Below are positions 9,880 through 18,976 of a stretch of DNA of 64,000 nucleotides, piece by piece. The notes under the pieces are model-generated. The model did not search any database. It was not told where the DNA came from and was given only the letters and a program-made list of their open reading frames with translations. The DNA is taken from the NCBI GenBank assembly GCA_013815385.1, contig JACDGL010000012.1, positions 18,019-82,018 of the forward strand. The letters run 5' to 3'. The stretch is from Taibaiella sp. Lineage in GTDB: Bacteria; Bacteroidota; Bacteroidia; Chitinophagales; Chitinophagaceae. Each line of letters starts with the position of its first letter. The first letter of the stretch is position 1. A program made the translations under genes and the position numbers.

Positions 9880-10941
9880 ATGAATAAATATTTACTGCCT
9901 GTTTTGATGATAATTGTGGGATGTGCAGGCAAAACAACAGCCCAGGATATACACTTCTCCCAGTTTTATGAGAACGCTATCTTGCGCAATCCTGCGCTGA
10001 CGGGAATATTTAGTGGCGACTATAAAGTCGGCGTTAACTACCGTACCCAGTGGAGCAATATATCTGTTCCCTTTACTACTGGCATAGCAACCGCGGAAAC
10101 GCGGATAGCTACCAATAAAGATGCAGGCGACTATGTAAGCTTTGGCGTTAGTGCATCATACGATCATGCAGGCAGCATCAATTTCAACAGTTTGGAGATA
10201 TATCCCGCCATTAATTACAACAAGTGCCTGGAAGATGTACATAACTCTTACCTGTCTGTAGGCTTTGCCGGTGGCTACATACAGCGTTCCATTGATATTA
10301 CCAAGATGACATTCAGTAGCCAGTACGGTGCCGGTGGATTTAACCCTAATAACCCATCCGGGGAAAGCGCTGCATTTAAGAACATTCAGAATTATGACCT
10401 GGCAGCAGGGGTGAGCCTGAACAGCTCTTTTGGTGAAAACAACAAAGTGAATTATTATATAGGGGCGGCAGCCTATCATATAACGCAGCCTAACCAAAGC
10501 TTTACAGGAGATAATGAGATCATAAGGCTTACTACGAGATGGTCAGGCAACCTGGGATTTAAATACACGATCAATCCACAATATGCCGTAACCATGCATA
10601 TGAACTATACCAACCAGTATCCCTACCAGGAAACAATAGCTGGCGGTCTGGTAAGTTGGAAAAATATAACGAGTGTGGAAAACTATAATTTTACCTTATA
10701 CCTGGGTTTGTTTTACCGCCTGCACGATGCGGTGATACCTACAGTAAAGGTAGACTACATGAGTTATTCCCTCACCTTCTCTTACGATGTTAATAATTCC
10801 GGATTAAAGCCGGCAACTAACGGAGTAGGTGGTTACGAAGTGTCCTTATGCCTGAGAGGCAACTACAAACACATAGCACGCGCAACAGATGCTACACGCT
10901 GCCCGAGATTCGAAGATCTAAATGAAGGTTTCCAGCAATAA
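9880..10941 (+). CDS. PorP/SprF family type IX secretion system membrane protein
   Basis: 353 aa with a signal peptide, then QDIHFSQFYENAILRNPALTG...YRTQWSNI, which is the PorP/SprF N-terminal signature. It lies 33 nt downstream of a type B CTD cargo gene, the usual pairing. Confidence 0.87.
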   Translation: MNKYLLPVLMIIVGCAGKTTAQDIHFSQFYENAILRNPALTGIFSGDYKVGVNYRTQWSNISVPFTTGIATAETRIATNKDAGDYVSFGVSASYDHAGSINFNSLEIYPAINYNKCLEDVHNSYLSVGFAGGYIQRSIDITKMTFSSQYGAGGFNPNNPSGESAAFKNIQNYDLAAGVSLNSSFGENNKVNYYIGAAAYHITQPNQSFTGDNEIIRLTTRWSGNLGFKYTINPQYAVTMHMNYTNQYPYQETIAGGLVSWKNITSVENYNFTLYLGLFYRLHDAVIPTVKVDYMSYSLTFSYDVNNSGLKPATNGVGGYEVSLCLRGNYKHIARATDATRCPRFEDLNEGFQQ

Positions 10942-10982
10942 GGAGCGCTGAAGCTGGTAGTTTTTCTTTATTTTAGCAATGT

Positions 10983-11720
10983 ATGAGAAAGGCCTTATTC
11001 CCCTTATTGACCGTATTGTTATTTGCTGCCTGTAAAAAAAGCACCAACAATACCCCGGCCACACATAGCTGTGTTATATCTTCTATACAGGATTCCTCTA
11101 AGGACCTTGATGTAAACGTGAAAACAGTGCTGACTTATGATGTGAATGGTAAACTGATACGAACAGCGGCTACAGGCACACAGAATACAACCCGTATTTT
11201 CCAATATTTCGGCACCAGCATGATCACCATCAGCGTATCGCAGAGCGGAATGATAAGTGAGATAGATACTGTGACGCTGAATGCCAATGGCTACATAGCC
11301 ACACTGCAACGATTTAGTGCAGGCAGCCCGCCACTGTATATCACATCATCGTTTTACTATGGTGCTAATAACGAAGTAAGCAGTGAGGTTGACTATGACT
11401 CGCATGGTAACGTTGATTCTTTAGCGTATAGCTGGGCAAATGGCGACCTTCTTAATTCAGGTGATCCCTTTGTGCCAGTAAGATATACCTACGATACGAC
11501 TACTGCAGCACGCGATGGCGACTGGTTCCTGACACAACAAAAGCTTACCTATGGGGCACTTTACGCACCCACAAAACACATGATACGATCAGTAGGGGTG
11601 GGGCACAATGCACCGTTGTATTTTTTCTATACGATCAATGATTCTGCAAGGGTAGTTTCTTACAATACCTACATAGGCAGCAGTGTGCAGGTAACCACCT
11701 ACCATTATACCTGCAAATAA
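10983..11720 (+). CDS. hypothetical lipoprotein
   Basis: 245-aa ORF with a lipobox-type signal MRKALFPLLTVLLFAACKK. I recognise no catalytic motif. Confidence 0.6.
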   Translation: MRKALFPLLTVLLFAACKKSTNNTPATHSCVISSIQDSSKDLDVNVKTVLTYDVNGKLIRTAATGTQNTTRIFQYFGTSMITISVSQSGMISEIDTVTLNANGYIATLQRFSAGSPPLYITSSFYYGANNEVSSEVDYDSHGNVDSLAYSWANGDLLNSGDPFVPVRYTYDTTTAARDGDWFLTQQKLTYGALYAPTKHMIRSVGVGHNAPLYFFYTINDSARVVSYNTYIGSSVQVTTYHYTCK

Positions 11721-11723
11721 GGA

Positions 11724-12728
11724 CTATTTCTTTTTCATTTTCAGGAGGCTCCAGTCAGTTGCTTCTGCTTCTATGGTATTGGTAAGTGTGCCAAGGCCAT
11801 CTATTTCCATTGCTACTACATCGCCTGCCTGTAGCCATTGCTCTTTGTAATTGGGGTCATTCAGCTTTCCGGTGCCATTCAGCTCCAGGAAGCAACCCGT
11901 GCCTACAGTGCCACTGCCTATTACATCGCCCGGCAGTATATCGGCCCCGTAAGCACAACGTTCTATTATCTCCGCAAAGGTCCAGTCCATGTCACCCATA
12001 TTACCCTCACTTACCTGTATGCCATTTACAGAACAGGTCATCTTCAGGTTGTAGGTATTGCCAGTGTGGTTAGGCTTTGCGGGTATTTTATTAGCTTCCA
12101 GTTCATCAGGTGTTACCAGCATAGGGCCTATTACCGTACTGAAATCCTTTCCCTTTGCAGGCCCCAGGTTCAGCAGCATTTCTTCCATCTGCAAAGTGCG
12201 GGCGCTCATATCGTTCATGATCATGTAGCCGCCTATATATTGGTCAGCCTCTGCTGCTTTTATGTTGCGGCCTTTTTTGCAGATGACTATGGCTGCTTCT
12301 AGTTCAAAATCCAGCTTCTGAAAATGATCGGGCATGCAGGGTATAGGGCCGGGGCCTTGTACCGCATTATGATTGGTAAAGTAGAATATCGGGTACTGGT
12401 CAAACTCTGCTATCATATCCACTTTGCGATTGCGGCGTGCAGCAGCTACATGCTGGCGAAAAGCATAGCCATCGCGGCAGGAAGTTGGGTGGGTAACAGG
12501 CGCAAGTATGGCAACTGCCTTATAGGGCTGGCCACTGTTATTGGTACTTCCGCTTTTTATAACTGCATTTGCAGCGTGCATAGCATCTATGTGCTTATCC
12601 CAATTTTGCAACAAATCATTCATTGTACCCGGTAGGGTTGTGTCTGCCGCATTGGTATCATACAGCGTATCATTTACCAGGAATGCAAGTTGTTCGTTGC
12701 CTTGTTTGGAATAAGTAACCAGTTTCAT
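11724..12728 (-). CDS. fumarylacetoacetate hydrolase (FAH) family protein
   Basis: 334 aa. The N-terminus MKLVTYSKQGNEQLAFLV and a C-terminal region GDVIGSGTVGTGCFLELNG...LQAGDVV..EIDGLGTL are typical of the FAH fold. Confidence 0.85.
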   Translation of the reverse strand: MKLVTYSKQGNEQLAFLVNDTLYDTNAADTTLPGTMNDLLQNWDKHIDAMHAANAVIKSGSTNNSGQPYKAVAILAPVTHPTSCRDGYAFRQHVAAARRNRKVDMIAEFDQYPIFYFTNHNAVQGPGPIPCMPDHFQKLDFELEAAIVICKKGRNIKAAEADQYIGGYMIMNDMSARTLQMEEMLLNLGPAKGKDFSTVIGPMLVTPDELEANKIPAKPNHTGNTYNLKMTCSVNGIQVSEGNMGDMDWTFAEIIERCAYGADILPGDVIGSGTVGTGCFLELNGTGKLNDPNYKEQWLQAGDVVAMEIDGLGTLTNTIEAEATDWSLLKMKKK

Positions 12729-12780
12729 TTATCAGATGGATTGAGGGTGCAAAAGTAATCATTGCACATGGTTACTCCAT

Positions 12781-12987
12781 CTACAAGTTGTTTTTATCAC
12801 GTGCAGCCATGAAAATGGAATAGATGAGCAGGATGGCACCGGCAATGATCCTGAACCCAGCAGGCATATGATATTTATCATAAAACTGCGGTCTTATAAC
12901 TGAAGGATGCATAAGGGAATAGGAGCCTGAGGCTATAAGTATGATACCTAAAGTGCCTATTATGTATTTTTTGCTTTGTGCCCACAT
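12781..12987 (-). CDS. small membrane protein (two predicted TM helices)
   Basis: 68-aa ORF with two hydrophobic stretches, IIGTLGIILIASGSY and FRIIAGAILLIYSIFMA. It is isolated in an intergenic gap and I recognise no family. Confidence 0.4.
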   Translation of the reverse strand: MWAQSKKYIIGTLGIILIASGSYSLMHPSVIRPQFYDKYHMPAGFRIIAGAILLIYSIFMAARDKNNL

Positions 12988-13144
12988 CTTATAAAAGTAA
13001 ATTTTAGGTTTTGCTAAACCTAATGAAACGCTTTGCGGGCAGGCATTTCAGTGTATATTATTAATAGCGGAAAATTATTTTAAAAATATTTTTGGAAAAT
13101 TGAAAATCCTGCCATTATCTTTGTACCAGTTCTTTAAAGTAATG

Positions 13145-13258
13145 CTTATCAAGAAAGGCAGAGGGTTATGGCCCTGTGAAGCCTTAGCAACCTCCCCGGC
13201 GAAAGCCGAGAGCTGGTGCTAATTCCATCCTGAAGGAAACAATTTCGGGACAGATAAG
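13145..13258 (+). promoter_or_regulatory. SAM-I (S-box) riboswitch
   Basis: CTTATCAAGAAAGGCAGAGGG..GGCCC..GAAGCC..GCAACC....GGTGCTAATTCC....GATAAG carries the conserved S-box cores. P1 pairs CTTATC with GATAAG. It lies upstream of Met-pathway genes. Confidence 0.9.
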
Positions 13259-13306
13259 TCAGATGCAAAAGTTTGAAAAAGCACGCTCATGCGTTCTACA
13301 TAACTG

Positions 13307-13340
13307 AAAGCTCCTCTGATTTTATCGGTGGAGCTTTTTT
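13307..13340 (+). terminator. intrinsic terminator / expression platform of the SAM riboswitch
   Basis: The stem pairs AAAGCTCC (13307-13314) with GGAGCTTT (13330-13337). The right arm runs into a 6-nt T tract (13335-13340). It lies between the aptamer and the first ORF. Confidence 0.7.
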
Positions 13341-13432
13341 CATTTTGAAGAAGCCCGCCGATAGACCTCTTTTGATAAGTGTTGCCATGCGAACCACTAA
13401 ACAAATTCGTAACCACAAAAAAATCAAAAGAT

Positions 13433-14614
13433 ATGAGCAACGCTACCAAACTGATCCACAGCATTCCGGTCGATCCCCTTACAGGTTCTATTTCAGTACC
13501 AATTTACCAGACCTCTACATTTGTTCAGGAAGCTCCTGGAGAGAACAAAGGATATGACTATGCGCGAAGTAACAATCCTACACGTGCTGTATTGGAAAAA
13601 ATAATAGCTGACCTGGAAGGTGGCGCTACCGGTGCTGCATTTGCGAGTGGCCTTGCTGCTATTGATGCTGTGGTAAAGCTATTGCAGAGTGGCGATGAGA
13701 TACTGGCAGTAGATGATATATACGGCGGTGCGTTCCGCCTGTTTACCCATATCTATGCAAAATTCGGCATCAAAATAAATTACGTGGATACAACTGATGT
13801 AGCCAATGTAATAGATGCACTGACACCACAAACAAAATTGATATGGCTGGAAACACCAACGAATCCTACTCTTAAAATAAGTGACATAGAATCGATAGCT
13901 AAAATAGCGCAACAGAATAAAATACTGCTTTGTGTGGACAGCACCTTTGCTTCGCCCGCATTGCAGCAGCCTATAGCGCTGGGTGCTGATATAGTAGTGC
14001 ATAGCGCTACGAAGTACCTGGGTGGACATAGCGACCTGATAGCGGGCCTGGTAGTGTGTAAAACACAGGAATTGGGTGACCAGATAAAATTTATACAGAA
14101 TGCCAGCGGCGCTATACTATCGCCTAATGATAGCTGGCTGGTGATACGTGGTATAGAAACCCTGCACCTGCGTGTGCAGCAGCATTGCCGCAATGCACAA
14201 GCAGTAGCTGAATTCCTTGTTGACCACCCGGCTATAGACAAGGTTTATTATCCCGGCCTGAAGGAACACCACAATCATCATATAGCGGCAAAGCAACAAA
14301 GCGGTTTTGGCGGTATCATTTCGTTTACACTTAAAGAAGATACGGAGCTGGCTGCTAAGAATGTAGTATGCGGTACCCAATACTTTAAACTGGCGGAGAG
14401 CCTGGGTGGAGTAAAAAGCCTACTGTGCCATCCTGCTACTATGACCCACAAATCAATACCTGCGCAAACGCGCCAGGCAGCCGGTGTAGCCGATAGCCTG
14501 ATAAGACTGAGTGTAGGACTTGAAGATGTGCAAGACCTTATACAGGATATTGATATAGCACTAACAAAAACGTTACAGAAAAATAGAGTGGTAGCAGAAG
14601 CAAATGCTGCATAA
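13433..14614 (+). CDS. PLP-dependent trans-sulfuration enzyme (cystathionine gamma-synthase / beta-lyase family)
   Basis: The ORF track starts at GTG 13379, but the ATG at 13433 gives MSNATKLIHSIPVDPLTGSISVPIYQTSTF, a typical Cys/Met-metabolism PLP enzyme N-terminus. HSATKYLGGHSD contains the PLP lysine motif. Confidence 0.88.
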   Translation: MSNATKLIHSIPVDPLTGSISVPIYQTSTFVQEAPGENKGYDYARSNNPTRAVLEKIIADLEGGATGAAFASGLAAIDAVVKLLQSGDEILAVDDIYGGAFRLFTHIYAKFGIKINYVDTTDVANVIDALTPQTKLIWLETPTNPTLKISDIESIAKIAQQNKILLCVDSTFASPALQQPIALGADIVVHSATKYLGGHSDLIAGLVVCKTQELGDQIKFIQNASGAILSPNDSWLVIRGIETLHLRVQQHCRNAQAVAEFLVDHPAIDKVYYPGLKEHHNHHIAAKQQSGFGGIISFTLKEDTELAAKNVVCGTQYFKLAESLGGVKSLLCHPATMTHKSIPAQTRQAAGVADSLIRLSVGLEDVQDLIQDIDIALTKTLQKNRVVAEANAA

Positions 14615-14662
14615 CTATCAACAAATAATTTAATACTGTTCAGCAAATAAAACTTTTAAGAA

Positions 14663-15922
14663 ATGTCTATCAGAAATCAGCAAACCAAATTGAATATCGG
14701 CCTTTTCGGCTTTGGAGTGGTAGGCGAAAGCCTGTATAAAGTATTGCTTAATAATGCTTCGCTCAATGCACAGATCAAGAAAGTATGTATCAAGCACCCC
14801 GGCAAAAAACGCAATGCACCGCAGGAATTATTTACTACCGATGCGGATGCATTGCTACAGGATGAAAGCATAAATGTAATAGTGGAGCTAATAGATGATG
14901 CAGATGCAGCATACACTATTGTTACCACAGCGCTGAAAAGTAAGAAGGCAGTAGTAAGCGCTAATAAGCGAATGATAGCAGAGCACCTGGCAGAACTGCT
15001 GGACCTGCAGCAGCAATACAACTCACAATTCCTTTACGAGTCGGCATGTTGTGCCAGCATACCCGTGATCCGCAACCTGGAAGAGTACTATGATAACGAC
15101 CTGCTGCAGGGTATAAGCGGCATTGTAAATGGCTCTACCAATTATATCCTTACCCGAATATCAGAAGATAACCTAACTTTTAATGATGCACTGGCGCTTG
15201 CGCAACAGGAAGGCTTTGCGGAGAGCGATCCGGCTTTGGATATAGAAGGTATAGATGCGGTAAATAAACTAACCATACTATTAACGCATGCATACGGAGT
15301 AGTTACCGATCCCCAGCTAATAGTACATGCAGGCATAACACGCATAGATGAGCAGGATGCAACCTACGCTAAAGAGAAAGGCTACGGAATAAAACTGGTA
15401 GCGCATGCCAAAAAGCTGGATGATGGAAATATAGCGGCCTTTGTACTGCCACAATTCCTGAATAAGAACAGCCAGCTATACAATGTAAAGAATGAATATA
15501 ACGGGGTGATAATAGAAAGCGGACTGGCCGACAATCAATTCTTTTACGGCAAGGGTGCGGGTGGGTTTCCAACTGCATCGGCTGTGCTGAGCGACCTATC
15601 TGCCTTACGCTATGATTACCGGTATGAGTATAAGAAGCTACGCTACCAGCAGCCATCTGAGCTAACCAATGATTTTTACCTGCGGGTATATGTAAGCTTT
15701 GATGCATTGCTGCAGGTGCCGCACTCCATCTTTGAACGGATCGATGAGTGGAGCAGCAATAACAAGCGTTGTTCAGTAACGGGCGTCATCCATTTCTCGC
15801 GGCTGCTGAATAGTGACTGGTGGAAGAAGAAAGGAACGTCTCTGATATTGCTGCCTGATGCGTTTACTACTTATGAACCGCAAAGAGAAAAAATAGCCGA
15901 CCTTGAGTTAGCACTGGCCTAA
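14663..15922 (+). CDS. hom: homoserine dehydrogenase
   Basis: 419 aa. It has an NAD-binding N-terminus IGLFGFGVVGESLYKVL, the motifs NGSTNYILT and AESDPALDIEGIDAVNKL, and sits in Met-pathway context behind the S-box. Confidence 0.9.
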   Translation: MSIRNQQTKLNIGLFGFGVVGESLYKVLLNNASLNAQIKKVCIKHPGKKRNAPQELFTTDADALLQDESINVIVELIDDADAAYTIVTTALKSKKAVVSANKRMIAEHLAELLDLQQQYNSQFLYESACCASIPVIRNLEEYYDNDLLQGISGIVNGSTNYILTRISEDNLTFNDALALAQQEGFAESDPALDIEGIDAVNKLTILLTHAYGVVTDPQLIVHAGITRIDEQDATYAKEKGYGIKLVAHAKKLDDGNIAAFVLPQFLNKNSQLYNVKNEYNGVIIESGLADNQFFYGKGAGGFPTASAVLSDLSALRYDYRYEYKKLRYQQPSELTNDFYLRVYVSFDALLQVPHSIFERIDEWSSNNKRCSVTGVIHFSRLLNSDWWKKKGTSLILLPDAFTTYEPQREKIADLELALA

Positions 15923-16689
15923 TAGCGCTCGGCCATACCCAGGCCGAAAAGTGCATAATCATATATTGCCGGATCGTTGGGGTTTAAAATGCGCAGCTGC
16001 TCTGTAAGCAACTGCGCATTTTTCCAATCAGACTTTTCATTCTCTAATAGGCCCAGGCGATAAGCAACACGGGCTACATGCACATCGAGCGGGCAAATAA
16101 GTTGGCTGGGCCGTATCTTTTTCCAGATACCGAAGTCAACCCCGCTTTTATCTTTTCGTACCATCCAGCGCAGGTACATATTGATACGCTTGCAGGCCGA
16201 TTTCCTTTCAGGCGTAGATATATGTTTTTTAGTACGTTCAGGATGCTCGATAGAAAAGAAGTAATTGTGAAAATGTACTAAAGCTGCTTCCACATCTTCC
16301 CCTATATACTTCCTGCCGGGCACAAACGCATCTTCTAGCGAGGCGTGCGTACTATAATGATATTGCAGAAAGGAGATAAAATATAGTAGATCTGTCGCAT
16401 TGAAAGTCCTATGAGCAAAATGAACGAAGGGTTTCAGATCGGTATCCCGGTGGTGCAGAATGAAATCATAAGGCTTATTGTCCATCCACCCCATCAGCTT
16501 CCGGCAATTGTTGATGATGGTAGTGCGATTGCCCCATGCAAGCACCGCTGCAAAGAGACCCGATATTTCAATATCCTGCGTTGCTGAAAAAGCATGTGGT
16601 ATCTGTACCGGATCTTTTTCTATAAAGGCAGGCTTATTATAAAATTCAACCTTCTCATCCAGTAGCTGTTTCAGTTTTCGTATTTCCAT
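15919..16689 (-). CDS. TIGR02757 (DUF2400) family protein
   Basis: The track ORF extends to 16836 and overlaps the upstream OMP gene. The internal ATG at 16689 (MEIRKLKQLLDEKVEFYNKPAFIEKDPVQIPH...AAVLAWGNRTTII) removes the overlap and matches the family N-terminus as I remember it. Confidence 0.75.
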   Translation of the reverse strand: MEIRKLKQLLDEKVEFYNKPAFIEKDPVQIPHAFSATQDIEISGLFAAVLAWGNRTTIINNCRKLMGWMDNKPYDFILHHRDTDLKPFVHFAHRTFNATDLLYFISFLQYHYSTHASLEDAFVPGRKYIGEDVEAALVHFHNYFFSIEHPERTKKHISTPERKSACKRINMYLRWMVRKDKSGVDFGIWKKIRPSQLICPLDVHVARVAYRLGLLENEKSDWKNAQLLTEQLRILNPNDPAIYDYALFGLGMAERY

Positions 16690-16715
16690 ACCTATGTAAA
16701 ATAGCAATAAAAAAA

Positions 16716-16742
16716 GAGCGCCGACCTGTAGGTCAGCGCTCT
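16716..16742 (-). terminator. hairpin terminator after the OMP gene (potentially bidirectional)
   Basis: AGAGCGCCGACC-TGTA-GGTCAGCGCTCT is a near-perfect 12-bp stem flanked by an A-run on one side and a T-rich run on the other. Confidence 0.6.
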
Positions 16743-16765
16743 TTATATTTTTCAGCGGTAAATGA

Positions 16766-17452
16766 CTATTCGTCGTCGCCTTCTTTTTCTTTTGATTTCT
16801 TATGCTTACCCCTTGATGCATCATCATCATCACCATCTTTATCCATATGGTGGTGCATACCGTGCATGTGATGACAGCTAAAGTTTGTCTGAATACCGAA
16901 GTTTACTGTTTTACCGAAGGTAAATGCAAATGTATTATTTGCATTTGCTGCACCGTCATATTTATCAGTAACGTAAGACAGACCACCTACACTAAAAGTA
17001 AGAGCTGCGCCGCAACCAATATTCATACCTACAGCAGGAGTAACGCCTATAAGGAAGCCTGTATGCTTGGTATCAGCAGGGTTATCGCCGGCTGTGTGGT
17101 ACCCGCCCCTATAATTCGCGTCGCCTTGTGCAAACACGAAGAACAGGTCGTTAACAGGATGAGAATATCTTACAAAGATACCTGCTTCGTACATGTTAGT
17201 AGTGCTGCGGTCATTGCTGCCGTTTAATTTGGTATTAGGGTTTTGTGCCCATCCAAGATTTAGGCCTGCAGTCCAGTTAGTGTTGAACTGGTAACCGATG
17301 CCCAGGTTTACATTCCAGTCAAAATTATTATTCTTATCTGCGTCCGTATTATTTGTAATGCCTACGTTACCAAACCGTAACCAGGTACCTTGTTGCGCGT
17401 TAGCTGTAGCTATAGTACCTACCGCTAATATTGCTAATAAAATTTTTTTCAT
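16766..17452 (-). CDS. outer-membrane beta-barrel (OMP_b-brl / porin family) protein with a His/Met-rich, acidic C-terminal tail
   Basis: 228 aa with signal MKKILLAILAVGTIATANAQ and alternating beta-strand pattern. The last strand FAFTFGKTVNFGIQTNF is followed by CHHMHGMHHHMDKDGDDDDASRGKHKKSKEKEGDDE. Confidence 0.8.
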   Translation of the reverse strand: MKKILLAILAVGTIATANAQQGTWLRFGNVGITNNTDADKNNNFDWNVNLGIGYQFNTNWTAGLNLGWAQNPNTKLNGSNDRSTTNMYEAGIFVRYSHPVNDLFFVFAQGDANYRGGYHTAGDNPADTKHTGFLIGVTPAVGMNIGCGAALTFSVGGLSYVTDKYDGAANANNTFAFTFGKTVNFGIQTNFSCHHMHGMHHHMDKDGDDDDASRGKHKKSKEKEGDDE

Positions 17453-17501
17453 AAGAGTTATCTATATCAAAAAGTTAGAAAAAGTGGTTTAACCTGTAAG
17501 A

Positions 17502-18227
17502 CTATTCGTCTCCGTCTTTTTCTTTAGTTTTTGTTTTGGTCTTTGTTTTTTTAGCTTTTGGTGCATCATCGTCATCATCGCTAGTATCCATGTGGCGTGT
17601 GTCGTCACCTGGCTGTGCGTGACCATGCATTTTGTGGCCCATTCCGCAACCGAAATTGCGTGAAATACCGATATTCATTGTCTTGCCGAAAGTAAATGCA
17701 AATGTACCATTGCTGTTAGGAGCCTGATCTACCTTGTATGAGGTATAACCTAAGCCGCCAAAAGAGAAATTCAGGGCGAACCATTTCGGTATGAAAATAG
17801 CTACTGCAGGAGTAACCATAGCATACAGGCCATTGTATTTGCTACCGGGAATCTCTGTGCTACCTAGTTCCTGATGACCGGCCTGGTAACCAAGGTCGAG
17901 CTGACCGTATACTGCAAATATGTTGTTCAGCATTTTAGTATAGCGAAGGAAGGCGCCTATATTATAATGGCTCGCCTTTAATCTATCAGCAGCACCATCT
18001 GCTTTTATCGATGAGTCAAGGCTATAATTTAATGACAAACCTGCTGTCCAATGATTATCGAACTGGTAGCCTACGCCCGGAGTAATATTCCAGCTTAAAT
18101 AGTTTACTTTATTGGCATCAGTGTTTGATGTTACACCAACATTGCCATAAACAAGTATGGTGCCTTCTTGCGCGTTAGCAGCGGCTATACTGCCTACAGC
18201 CAGAATAGTAAGGAGCAGTTTTTTCAT
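17502..18227 (-). CDS. outer-membrane beta-barrel protein, tandem paralogue of 16766..17452, with a His-rich/acidic/KT-repeat tail
   Basis: 241 aa with signal MKKLLLTILAVGSIAAANAQ and the same strand layout. The tail reads GCGMGHKMHGHAQPGDDTRHMDTSDDDDDAPKAKKTKTKTKTKEKDGDE. Confidence 0.8.
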   Translation of the reverse strand: MKKLLLTILAVGSIAAANAQEGTILVYGNVGVTSNTDANKVNYLSWNITPGVGYQFDNHWTAGLSLNYSLDSSIKADGAADRLKASHYNIGAFLRYTKMLNNIFAVYGQLDLGYQAGHQELGSTEIPGSKYNGLYAMVTPAVAIFIPKWFALNFSFGGLGYTSYKVDQAPNSNGTFAFTFGKTMNIGISRNFGCGMGHKMHGHAQPGDDTRHMDTSDDDDDAPKAKKTKTKTKTKEKDGDE

Positions 18228-18432
18228 ATAATCGTTTGAGTTTTATTTATTTGTTTACGTAAATATATAATCAATAATTAAAAAAGTCAATAACAAAAGT
18301 TGTATTAACCTATGCAGATTTAGCCTGGTTAAATTATTATTGCCAATTCGGGGACAAATAAAATAAACAAAAACTACTAATCAAAGCCTTTTGGAGAAAA
18401 TCTTAGAAATTATTAATAAAAATATTTATGTG

Positions 18433-18945
18433 TTATTTGAACCAGGAGCTATACATCAGGTAGTTATTAGCTATCCTTTCTACCTCGCCGCTCATTAATT
18501 CAGGGCTTACGTCCTTTACCTTTTTCGCGGGCACACCTGCATATATGCTGCCCGCAGGTATTTGTGTGCCTTCCAAAACTACTGCGCCGGCCGCTATAAT
18601 GCTGCCGGTACCTATGTAAGCGTTGTCCATTATTATGGCCCCCATACCTACCAGCACACTGTCTTCTATAGTGCACCCGTGTACTATAGCATTATGCCCT
18701 ATAGATACATTGTTGCCTATTACTGTTTTTGTTTTCTGGTAGGTGCAGTGGATGCACGCGCCATCCTGCACGTTTACCCGGTTGCCCATGCGTATGCTGT
18801 TCACATCGCCCCGCACTACGGCATTGAACCATATACTGCACTCGCTGCCCATTTCCACATCGCCCACTACAGTGGCGTTAGGTGCTATGAAGCAATCCTG
18901 GGGTATAGCGGGTGAGACACCCTTTACAGGCAGTATTACTGGCAT
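18433..18945 (-). CDS. gamma-carbonic-anhydrase-like / hexapeptide-repeat (LbH) family protein
   Basis: 170 aa. FIAPNATVVGDVEMGSECSIWFNAVVRGDVNSIRMGNRVNVQDG and repeated hexapeptide units fit the gamma-CA (YrdA/PaaY-like) family. Confidence 0.85.
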   Translation of the reverse strand: MPVILPVKGVSPAIPQDCFIAPNATVVGDVEMGSECSIWFNAVVRGDVNSIRMGNRVNVQDGACIHCTYQKTKTVIGNNVSIGHNAIVHGCTIEDSVLVGMGAIIMDNAYIGTGSIIAAGAVVLEGTQIPAGSIYAGVPAKKVKDVSPELMSGEVERIANNYLMYSSWFK

Positions 18946-18976
18946 AAATAATGAGCAAGCATGGGGTTTGTAAAAA

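Noticed and set aside
16690-16836. The upstream extension of the TIGR02757 ORF (MVMMMMHQGV...), which overlaps the OMP gene's C-terminal tail.
   Set aside because: It is the antisense reading of the His/Asp-rich tail codons and spans a strong hairpin. The internal ATG at 16689 gives a family-typical N-terminus.
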